DNA of 64,000 bases from Candidatus Poseidoniales archaeon (GTDB lineage: Archaea; Thermoplasmatota; Poseidoniia; Poseidoniales; Poseidoniaceae): NCBI GenBank assembly GCA_038105035.1, contig JAYOBT010000004.1, forward strand, positions 1,803 to 65,802, written 5' to 3'. The translations under genes were made by a program, and so were the position numbers. Shown here in pieces: positions 1 through 7,836 of this stretch; the stretch's first letter is position 1, and each line of letters opens with the position of its first letter. Under the pieces are notes generated by a model that was not told where the DNA came from, made no database searches, and saw only the letters and a list, made by a program, of their open reading frames with translations.

Positions 1-2013
1 ATGGACAAATCGAATGGGATTCTCTACATCGCTGATGCTGGCGCAAACCGTGTCCTGTGGGTCAATACGGACGATTCAACCACCACAACAACGGACATCA
101 TGGGCGATGCATCTCGGCTTGAGCCACTTGCAGAATACTCCGAAATTACAGACGTTGAGTGGGGTGTGCTGGCAACTGGGCTCAACCTACCTTCTGGTAT
201 CGCTCTTGCTGATGGTCAACTCTTTGTCTCTGAAAATGGCAATGGAAAGATTGTCGCCTACGAGCTTGCTTCTGATGGAAAGAGTGCAGTTGAACTTGAC
301 GACATTCAAACTTCTGCTACCTCAATCATGGGATTAGAGGTTGGACCAAACGGACATCTGTACTACGTCGACAACGGTCAAGATGAGGTCGTTCGAATCG
401 ATCCATATACCGATGAAGACGGTGATGGTGTTGGCGATGGAGTCGACAATTGCCCCAACATCGCAAATCCATTGCAAGCCGACTTTGACAACGATTCAAT
501 CGGAGATGTTTGCGATGAAGACGATGATAACGATTCGATTTTGGATATTGATGATCAATGTATACGCGGCCAACTCGATTGGACGTCAACGATGCTGAAC
601 GATCATGATGGAGATGGCTGTCGAGATGCGACGGAAGACACGGATGACGACAACGATGGTGTCGTTGATGCCTCCGATCTTTGTTCTGCAGGAGATTTGG
701 GCTGGACGTCATCAGCTTCAACCGATTACGATGCGGATGGATGCCAAGATGCATTCGAAGACATTGATGATGACAACGACAGAGTCTGCGATGCTAGCGA
801 TTTGAGCAGTTCATGGGCTTGTACACCATCGACCGCGAGCGTTGATCTCTGTCCAGAAAGTTCTCTCGGGTTCTTCTCGAACAATCAGAACGATGTAGAC
901 GGTGATGGTTGTGAAGATGCTACCGAAGATTCCGATGATGACAACGATGGATTTGTTGACGACGTTGATGCCTGTCCTTTGGATGCAGGAACAAGTTCGC
1001 TCGGTTCAGAACTCGGTTGCAGCGACTACGATTCAGATGGGTACAGCGACTCCATTGATGTGTTCCCAACAGATTCGACACAGTGGTTGGATGCAGATGG
1101 CGATGGATATGGCGACAACCCAGATGGTTTCGAAGCAGATGGATGCGTCAATCAAGCAGGGCAGTCAACGATGGAGACCTTCGGATGTCCGGATGCGGAT
1201 GGAGATGGTTGGTCAGATTTGAACGATGCTTTCCCGAACGAGGCATCGCAACATGCAGATGCCGATAGCGATGGCTTTGGAGATGCTATTGATGGGTTTC
1301 AAGCGGACGAATGTCCAATGATTGCTGGAACATCAACCGAGGACTTTTTCGGATGCTTGGATTCAGATGCTGATGGATGGTCAGATTTGAACGATGCTTT
1401 CCCTCAAGAACCAACACAACATAGCGATGCTGATGGTGATGGCTATGGTGATAATGCAGAAGGAGACCTCCCAGATAGCTGTCCAGAACTGTACGGTCTT
1501 TCCTCCATCGATCGGTATGGATGTCCTGATACGGATGGAGACGGTTGGGAAGATCGTTCTGATGCATACGTAAGCGATGCTCGCTTATGGTCTGATACGG
1601 ACGATGACGGTTATGCCGACCAACAGGGAACAAACCTATCGGATGATTGCCCTGAAACGTTCGGCACATCGATTCTCGATTTCGTAGGATGTTTGGATTC
1701 TGATGGGGATGGCTGGTCCGATCAAACCGATGCATATCCAAACGATGCATCGAAGTATCTCGCTGCAGAAGAAAAACTGGATGACAGTAACTTCACGCTC
1801 ATTGGTCTTGGAATTGGAATACTTGTTTTGGTGTTCCTCATGCTCTTCATCATGCGAAAGAAGACAACAGTAGAGCATGAGTTCGGTTTCGTTGCTCCGC
1901 CAATTCCAGAACCACTTCCGAGTGCACCCCCGCTTCCTCCTGAAGGATTGCCAGCAGGTTGGACGATGGAACAATGGATGTATTACGGGGAAGATTACCT
2001 CAAGCGCCAATAG
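1..2013 (+). CDS. Surface protein with NHL-like propeller blades, thrombospondin type-3 (TSP3) Ca-binding repeats, a C-terminal TM anchor and a Pro-rich tail; possibly 5'-truncated at the window edge
   Basis: The ORF is open from nt 1, so the ATG at 1 may be internal. Blade-like motifs GILYIADAGANRV, GQLFVSENGNGKI and GHLYYVDNGQDEV. Canonical TSP3 DEDGDGVGDGVDNCPNIANPLQADFDNDSIGDVCD. Five GC-x-D-x-DGDGWSD...AFP-x-E-x2-QH-x-D-x-D-x-DG-x-GD modules. Hydrophobic FTLIGLGIGILVLVFLMLFIM is followed by RKK. Confidence 0.8.
   Translation: MDKSNGILYIADAGANRVLWVNTDDSTTTTTDIMGDASRLEPLAEYSEITDVEWGVLATGLNLPSGIALADGQLFVSENGNGKIVAYELASDGKSAVELDDIQTSATSIMGLEVGPNGHLYYVDNGQDEVVRIDPYTDEDGDGVGDGVDNCPNIANPLQADFDNDSIGDVCDEDDDNDSILDIDDQCIRGQLDWTSTMLNDHDGDGCRDATEDTDDDNDGVVDASDLCSAGDLGWTSSASTDYDADGCQDAFEDIDDDNDRVCDASDLSSSWACTPSTASVDLCPESSLGFFSNNQNDVDGDGCEDATEDSDDDNDGFVDDVDACPLDAGTSSLGSELGCSDYDSDGYSDSIDVFPTDSTQWLDADGDGYGDNPDGFEADGCVNQAGQSTMETFGCPDADGDGWSDLNDAFPNEASQHADADSDGFGDAIDGFQADECPMIAGTSTEDFFGCLDSDADGWSDLNDAFPQEPTQHSDADGDGYGDNAEGDLPDSCPELYGLSSIDRYGCPDTDGDGWEDRSDAYVSDARLWSDTDDDGYADQQGTNLSDDCPETFGTSILDFVGCLDSDGDGWSDQTDAYPNDASKYLAAEEKLDDSNFTLIGLGIGILVLVFLMLFIMRKKTTVEHEFGFVAPPIPEPLPSAPPLPPEGLPAGWTMEQWMYYGEDYLKRQ
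413..1757 (+). repeat. TSP3-type acidic Ca-binding repeat array inside CDS 1..2013
   Basis: Reiterated DxDxDGxxDxxD loops flanked by Cys. Boundaries are approximate. Confidence 0.7.
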
Positions 2014-2071
2014 CCTTGACGTTACAATTCAGAGACCAAAAGGTATCAAGCCGACATGGTTAGCATTGTCT

Positions 2072-2983
2072 GTGGATAACGTCAATATTCAAGCCTTCTT
2101 CCTTGGAGTAATATTCCTCACAGCAGGGGGCTATCTTGCTTTTGATATGCAAGACAACATCACATGGATGACGTATTCCTCCGATGATAAGGAAGAATAT
2201 TTTGATGGTGATTTTTGGTGGACAATGGATGTTACCACCGAGAACGATTATGGTTTACAGGAGTCAATAATTTCAGCAAATGGGCAAATGTGCGATGAAC
2301 GTGACTGTTATCCAATTGAAATGAGTTCAGAATTTGAGATATTGGATCACCCCGTTCTGTTGGAAGAGCGAGGTGAACCTGTCGACTGCGATACTACAAA
2401 AGAAGACTCTGACATTTCAATTTGTGAAATAGCCTCAGCGGGTTCAACTGCAGAAACGATTATCTCCACAGGGCTTGGAATTCTCGCTTTCACAATTCTT
2501 CTCTCTCTTGTAGGCGTTTTCGGCTACATTCCTGGGCGTGTACTCAAACTACTCAGTTCGGTTTCATCCTTGATTCTCTTTACTGGGCCAATTGTTTGGT
2601 ATGTATTGATGCCTGACTTGAACGCAGACATAAGCGCGACCGAGGAAAAGTACAAACTATCAACAGGTTTCTATTTGACACTACTCAGTTCTCCTCTCGT
2701 CTTTGTTGCGGGTGGATTTTGTGGAAGTATGGAGGCCTTCGCTTACGAAGAAGAGGAGGATTGGGATCAAGAAGATGATGACTTCATGAGCGATGATGAG
2801 TACGAATCCTACTCAGATGCATACGATCGACCGACGAAGGTTGATGCAGTCAGCGAAGGTTCAATCGATGTCAATTTACAAGGCGTCCTCGACGAAGAAG
2901 GTTACGAATGGCTTGAACATCCTGAAGGTAGTGATGAATGGTACTGGCGTGATCAAGATACTGGAACTTGGGTTCGTTACTGA
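2072..2983 (+). CDS. Hypothetical polytopic membrane protein with an acidic tail ending in a Trp-rich WW-like module
   Basis: ORF 1877..2983 overlaps the upstream gene until 2013. The first in-frame starts after that are TTG 2066 and GTG 2072. The first ATG (2147) would delete the first hydrophobic helix IQAFFLGVIFLTAGGYLAF. Three more hydrophobic helices follow. The tail is EGYEWLEHPEGSDEWYWRDQDTGTWVRY. The start is uncertain. Confidence 0.55.
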   Translation: MDNVNIQAFFLGVIFLTAGGYLAFDMQDNITWMTYSSDDKEEYFDGDFWWTMDVTTENDYGLQESIISANGQMCDERDCYPIEMSSEFEILDHPVLLEERGEPVDCDTTKEDSDISICEIASAGSTAETIISTGLGILAFTILLSLVGVFGYIPGRVLKLLSSVSSLILFTGPIVWYVLMPDLNADISATEEKYKLSTGFYLTLLSSPLVFVAGGFCGSMEAFAYEEEEDWDQEDDDFMSDDEYESYSDAYDRPTKVDAVSEGSIDVNLQGVLDEEGYEWLEHPEGSDEWYWRDQDTGTWVRY

Positions 2984-3026
2984 GGAATTTACAATTGCTC
3001 AAGTACTTCCATCAATAGGTTGAGGC

Positions 3027-3425
3027 ATGAGCAAGAAATTCTTCATCAAAATTGTAACAGACCCAGACGTCGATCTTCGCAAGTGTGTTGTCGGTGTTGC
3101 CTGCGCAGCACAAGCCATCAAGGATGGCTATGATGTCGACATCTTCCTCGCAGCAGACGGAGTCAAGATGATTCACGCTGATTACATCAAGGGAATCAAT
3201 GAACAAGGAAACTTTCCTGACGGAATGATCTTCAATATGCTGAACGTCATCACAGAAGGAGCATCCAATGTTTACTGTTCAACGGGTTCTCAAGCAGCCA
3301 ATGGTGTCACCAAAGAGAACGCAGATGAAATCCTACTCGAAGGCTACTCGGACTGGATGACATGGAGCGGACCTCCAGGCGTGATTGAACTCAGTGCTGC
3401 ATCCGATGTCCAACTCGTCTACTAG
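3027..3425 (+). CDS. DsrE/DsrF-like sulfur-relay family protein
   Basis: 132 aa. Layout typical of the DsrE fold: KIVTDPDVD...CVVGVACAAQAIKDGYDVDIFLAADGV. A GGTTGAGG Shine-Dalgarno-like motif lies just upstream of the ATG. Confidence 0.55.
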   Translation: MSKKFFIKIVTDPDVDLRKCVVGVACAAQAIKDGYDVDIFLAADGVKMIHADYIKGINEQGNFPDGMIFNMLNVITEGASNVYCSTGSQAANGVTKENADEILLEGYSDWMTWSGPPGVIELSAASDVQLVY

Positions 3426-3733
3426 TTTGAATTCGATTTGGTCGAGAGAATCTCCTTGGGAATTCTGTAGGTGTAATGAAAACCATCTCCAATGAGCGTC
3501 AGCGATTCGAGTGAATCATCGAATGCAACGTGGTGAAACGTCGAGTCGAGATTGTGTAGTGGCATGTTTGCTGCCATTTTGCCTTGCCTTGACAGCGAGA
3601 TTCCTGTAGCAACATAGGGTTCGATAGAAGTGAATTGTAGGATACCTTCAGAAGTTTCGACGCTTCCTAAACCTTGGAACATCTTGACAAAATACTCGCT
3701 GATTCTGTCCCATTCTTCGATTGAGAAGTTCAT
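3422..3733 (-). CDS. Hypothetical protein (104 aa)
   Basis: The long ORF 3422..4003 runs antisense into gpmA. The internal ATG at 3733 (MNFSIEEWDR...) leaves a clean divergent spacer. A GTATAGA TATA-like box sits about 26 nt upstream. No family recognised. Confidence 0.4.
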   Translation of the reverse strand: MNFSIEEWDRISEYFVKMFQGLGSVETSEGILQFTSIEPYVATGISLSRQGKMAANMPLHNLDSTFHHVAFDDSLESLTLIGDGFHYTYRIPKEILSTKSNSN

Positions 3734-3812
3734 GATTGCACCACCATCCATCGACGTATAGATGTTCTCTCTTCGTCGTAGCCTTGATGCACCACCGACC
3801 AGTGGGTTGTTC

Positions 3813-4517
3813 ATGGCCTCCCTCATCTTGATGCGACACGGCCAGTCGATGTGGAATGCTGCGAACTTGTTTACAGGATGGGTCGACGTTCCATTGACCC
3901 AAGTTGGTATCGATGAAGCTTTGGCTGGTGGACAGAAGCTAGCTGATGTGCCAATCGATGAAGTGCATACGTCGACCTTGATCCGGGCGCAAATGACAGC
4001 CATGATTGCATTGAGTCAACACAACAGTGTCAAGACACCAGTTCTACAATACGCTGATTCTGGCGAACATATGAGTGGAAATGAGCAGAAAATGGTTGAG
4101 TGGTCACAAATGCATGAAGATGCGGATGCTTCCAACATTTTGCCAGTCTATGTTTCATGGCAATTGAATGAACGCATGTATGGTGATCTTCAAGGTATGA
4201 ACAAACAAGCGACTCGAGACAAGTTCGGAGATGAACAAGTCAAGATTTGGCGCCGTTCCTACGATATTCCTCCTCCAAATGGAGAGAGTCTTGAATTAAC
4301 AGCTGCACGAACGATTCCATATCTTGAATCCGTTCTCCTCCCTGCTTACGAGCAAGGCAAGCACCTCTTTGTTGCAGCTCATGGAAATTCTCTGCGAAGC
4401 ATCATTATGCATCTCGAGGGACTGAGCAAGGAAGAGGTCCTCGGATTGGAAGTGCCGACGGGCGTTCCGATGATGTATGAATTACAGAATGGTGTTTGGA
4501 AGCGAACAATGGGGTGA
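3813..4517 (+). CDS. gpmA: 2,3-bisphosphoglycerate-dependent phosphoglycerate mutase
   Basis: LILMRHGQSMWNAANLFTGWVD contains the catalytic RHG-x-S-x-WN motif. AAHGNSLR provides the second His motif. The start is placed at the ATG that immediately precedes the conserved N-terminus. Confidence 0.9.
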   Translation: MASLILMRHGQSMWNAANLFTGWVDVPLTQVGIDEALAGGQKLADVPIDEVHTSTLIRAQMTAMIALSQHNSVKTPVLQYADSGEHMSGNEQKMVEWSQMHEDADASNILPVYVSWQLNERMYGDLQGMNKQATRDKFGDEQVKIWRRSYDIPPPNGESLELTAARTIPYLESVLLPAYEQGKHLFVAAHGNSLRSIIMHLEGLSKEEVLGLEVPTGVPMMYELQNGVWKRTMG

Positions 4518-4521
4518 TGTT

Positions 4522-6558
4522 ATGCTGCTCGATTGGCGCTTCGATGGTTTCCCTGGACGCGTGCTTTGGGTAGATCTCACCAAAGGAACATCTGAAACCA
4601 AAGAGATTCCACACGATTGGTTGATTGAATCGATGGGTGGGAAAGGGCTTGCAACTCGCTTGCTCGTTGAATGGGATACCACCGATTATGAGGCCGCCAT
4701 GCAGCTCCAACATCCTGTATTGGATCGGGTTGATGTGGCTCGGCATGCAACAAATCCACTCCTGTTTATGACTGGCCCATATCAAGCAAGTACGGTTGGG
4801 TCCTCTGGTCGAGCCGTTGTTGTTACACGTTCTCCATTGACCGATTTGTACATTGATACCTACATTGGTGGGAACATTGGCCACGTCCTCCGTCAAGCAG
4901 GATGGGATGGGTTGTTCATTACAGGCGCATCCGAACATCTCTGTCGACTTGAGATTGTGGACGGTCATGCAGAATTACACGAAGCAACGGAATTGCGAGG
5001 TATGACAACGTGGCAAGTTGAACAAGCACTTGATGGAAAAGGCGAGTGCCTTTCCATCGGACCTGCGGGCGAACATGGCGTTCGCATTGCAAGCCCTCTC
5101 ACGGCTGGCCGAAGGGCTGCAGGTCGAGGTGGAACCGGTGCAGCGTTTGGATTCAAGAATCTCAAGGCGGTAACCGTCACATCCACGACGAAAGAAAACG
5201 TTCGTTTTGCAAGTGAAGCGAGTCTCAAATCTGCAGTGAAGATTCAGCGGCAAGAAATGGGATTAAGACGCCGTTCAGGAGATCCATTCTATGCTTTCGG
5301 AACGAGTCGAGGGCCGCTCTATGCATCAGCAAATGGCCGTATGCCGACAGCCAATTACAGTTCGACAAATGCCATGATTCCTGCCTTTTCTGAATTGAAA
5401 GTTAGTGGCGGTCAAGGAGGAGTTGTTCCTTCAACCGGAACTGCAGTGACCATCACCACCAAACTCGATGCGCATGAATTGTCCGGTGAACACTGGCACG
5501 ACTCTTTGCCTGATGCAAAACAATCTGCTTGCTGTGCACCATGTCCAATCGCTTGTGAAGCAGCTGATAGGCCAACTGTTGATGGAGAAAAAATCCGCAA
5601 GCGCCCCGTGCATCTGAATCGTGTCGATCGTCCAGAATACGAGACTCTGGCGATGCTGGGTGCGAATTTGGGACTGACCAGTTCTCTCGACGTTATGGAT
5701 GGAAACGACGCCTGCAATCGACTCGGAATTGATACCATCTCTGGCGGAGCTGCTCTCTCCATTGTCTGTGAATTGGTCGAGCATGGTTGGCTTCCAGAAA
5801 ATTGGTCGGACCATTTCCATGCACCGTTTGACTTTGGTCGATACAAGCAAGGTGATGTTGTTCCTTGGCAATTTGGAATTCCTGAATTGCCACCCCTTGC
5901 TCTTGCCATGCTTGCGGATGCTCAACCCGGATTCGATGAATTGTTTTCCGTTCTCGGTTCTGGAGCAGTAGCCTTTTCCGAATACGTTGAGCGAGTTACG
6001 GGCCATCCTGCAACCAAATTGACAGCGCACTGCAAAGGTCTCGATTTACCTGCATGGGACCCGCGTGGAAAGCGAGGAAACGCCATGGCCTACATGACTG
6101 CGAATGTAGGTGCCTCGCACATGCGTGCTGGCTACAAGGAACCGACGGGTTTACCCAATGCTTCTGCTGTTGACTTGATGGAAGAATTGATTGAAAGTCA
6201 AAACAGCATTGTTATTCGAGATTCGATGATTCTCTGTGCATTCGCAAAAGGTGCAACACCGGATGAAGTCATGCTGGACGCATGGAATGCGATAACGGGG
6301 GATGACGCTTCCTGGGACGACTTGATGCAGAGGGCAAGTCGTCAATGGGATTTGGCACGAACATGGAATGTCGAACATTGGCACCGAATTGGTATTGAGC
6401 CAATGGAAGCAGATCTCCTCTCATGGCGCTTACGCAAGGAACCCATCCCTGCCGGAGTTGCAGCAGGCATGGTCTCGTTTGTAGATGATGATGATGAAAA
6501 CGCCTGCATGGAGAAATACTACGCATTAAGAGGATGGAAGCAAGATGGAACTCCATAA
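4522..6558 (+). CDS. aor: Aldehyde:ferredoxin oxidoreductase family (tungstopterin / 4Fe-4S enzyme)
   Basis: N-terminus GRVLWVDLTKGTSETKEIPHDWLIESMGGKGLATRLL is typical of AOR. C-x2-C-x3-C cluster motif CAPCPIAC. Length about 680 aa. GGTGAT SD-like motif at 4513..4518. Confidence 0.88.
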   Translation: MLLDWRFDGFPGRVLWVDLTKGTSETKEIPHDWLIESMGGKGLATRLLVEWDTTDYEAAMQLQHPVLDRVDVARHATNPLLFMTGPYQASTVGSSGRAVVVTRSPLTDLYIDTYIGGNIGHVLRQAGWDGLFITGASEHLCRLEIVDGHAELHEATELRGMTTWQVEQALDGKGECLSIGPAGEHGVRIASPLTAGRRAAGRGGTGAAFGFKNLKAVTVTSTTKENVRFASEASLKSAVKIQRQEMGLRRRSGDPFYAFGTSRGPLYASANGRMPTANYSSTNAMIPAFSELKVSGGQGGVVPSTGTAVTITTKLDAHELSGEHWHDSLPDAKQSACCAPCPIACEAADRPTVDGEKIRKRPVHLNRVDRPEYETLAMLGANLGLTSSLDVMDGNDACNRLGIDTISGGAALSIVCELVEHGWLPENWSDHFHAPFDFGRYKQGDVVPWQFGIPELPPLALAMLADAQPGFDELFSVLGSGAVAFSEYVERVTGHPATKLTAHCKGLDLPAWDPRGKRGNAMAYMTANVGASHMRAGYKEPTGLPNASAVDLMEELIESQNSIVIRDSMILCAFAKGATPDEVMLDAWNAITGDDASWDDLMQRASRQWDLARTWNVEHWHRIGIEPMEADLLSWRLRKEPIPAGVAAGMVSFVDDDDENACMEKYYALRGWKQDGTP

Positions 6559-6570
6559 ACGGGGGATTCC

Positions 6571-7047
6571 ATGCATCCTACAGTAAGCAAGGCACTGCTC
6601 TTGGTCCTATTGATTGCATCACCATGGATTCTCGTACAAGGCTGGATTCTAGTCGGTGCACAGGACGAATCCATCTCATCCATGGAAGCCTGTCCGGACA
6701 GTAGTGCGAATTGCGCTCATCTTGGTGGGAATGCGGACTATCGTATGGATGCAAGATCAACGATTATCGATCGTTCGATGGAAGACATTCGTTCAGAATT
6801 GAACGATTACATCACGGAGTATGATTGTAAAATTCTCGTTGAGGATGCATCGGAATCGATGTACTATGTCCACTTTGTTGAACATACACCGTTTTGGTTG
6901 TTCCCAGATGATGTCTTGATTTCCATTGAGCAAATCGATGAAGATACGGTGGAAATTGAACTGCATTCTCAGTCCCGCCTCGGCCTTGGTGATATGGGCG
7001 TGAATCCAGAACGGTTGGAGCGTATATACGATTACATAGCAGGCTGA
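6571..7047 (+). CDS. Secreted DUF1499-like protein
   Basis: N-terminal signal-like ALLLVLLIASPWILV. C-terminal SRLGLGDMGVNPERLERI resembles the DUF1499 signature (S-R-x-G-x-x-D-x-G-V-N). Confidence 0.55.
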   Translation: MHPTVSKALLLVLLIASPWILVQGWILVGAQDESISSMEACPDSSANCAHLGGNADYRMDARSTIIDRSMEDIRSELNDYITEYDCKILVEDASESMYYVHFVEHTPFWLFPDDVLISIEQIDEDTVEIELHSQSRLGLGDMGVNPERLERIYDYIAG

Positions 7048-7772
7048 ATCAAGTCGTCCCAGCCGTACGGATAACCGCTCTCATCGATGAGCAGCACATT
7101 GACACCCAATCCCGTTTTGTGGAAAGCAATCAACTGGATGTCATGGATGGAATGTCCGGTTGGAGCTATACCTAGAATTGGCAATTCTTTTCTTGAAAAC
7201 CACGATCGTTTTGTTTTGGGGGCGTGTTCTGTCCCGAGGCTACGACGCATACCGTCAACATCATCAAACCATGGCAGTGGCCCTTCAGGAGAAAATCGTA
7301 GACCCAGAATCATGTCAACACCGGTTGTTTCTTGCGCCGCATCTGTGTCGGCTCCACTCGGAATAGCGGGTGCATTTGGGTGCGTATGCAACCAGTGTGT
7401 GAATCGTCCCGCTCTAGAACCACGTTGTCCTGAGAAGAGATCATCTGTCCATTCTTCTGGAAGATGATGAACAGAGTAAGAATCACCACGGTTGACGATA
7501 TGAGCTTCTTTGATGACGTGTCCTTGGCCTCCAAAGAGATTGGAAACATGCTCCTGTCCTTCAAAGGCGGATTCGACTTCATCGATGTGTTTTCTGTTTG
7601 GGTCAACATCAAGGCCGACTAGAATTTCGTCTGGAAGCGATTGCAGAGCCCAAACCACGAGTTCACGAAAGACAGGTCCTGGAAGGTGCAATTGTGCTGC
7701 GTAGGCATGCCTCATCGAGTACGATTCAGCGTTGTAGGAACGCATCGCATCAACCAACCACGCTTCGACCAC
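7032..7772 (-). CDS. JAMM/MPN+ family metalloprotease
   Basis: Exact H-x-H-x7-S-x2-D motif HTHPNAPAIPSGAD at nt 7347..7388, with an upstream Glu (KEAHIV). The start is GTG 7772 or ATG 7745. Confidence 0.7.
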   Translation of the reverse strand: MVEAWLVDAMRSYNAESYSMRHAYAAQLHLPGPVFRELVVWALQSLPDEILVGLDVDPNRKHIDEVESAFEGQEHVSNLFGGQGHVIKEAHIVNRGDSYSVHHLPEEWTDDLFSGQRGSRAGRFTHWLHTHPNAPAIPSGADTDAAQETTGVDMILGLRFSPEGPLPWFDDVDGMRRSLGTEHAPKTKRSWFSRKELPILGIAPTGHSIHDIQLIAFHKTGLGVNVLLIDESGYPYGWDDLIQPAM

Positions 7773-7836
7773 GTGCCTGCCACAGCATCATCCTTCATCA
7801 AGGGGCGCTTGTAGGAGAATCTTTGAAAACACTGGG

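Noticed and set aside
1877-2071. The N-terminal 65 codons of ORF 1877..2983.
   Set aside because: This region overlaps the last 137 nt of the upstream adhesin gene in another frame and has no membrane or signal features. The start was moved to GTG 2072 (or TTG 2066).
3734-4003. The 5' extension of minus-strand ORF 3422..4003, which overlaps gpmA by about 190 nt.
   Set aside because: The extension is antisense to the conserved catalytic N-terminus of gpmA. The internal ATG at 3733 gives a sensible divergent arrangement with a TATA-like box at -26.
5412-6030. Antisense ORFs of 165 and 199 aa within the aldehyde:ferredoxin oxidoreductase gene.
   Set aside because: They overlap a confidently identified enzyme gene, no family is recognisable, and no promoter space is available.
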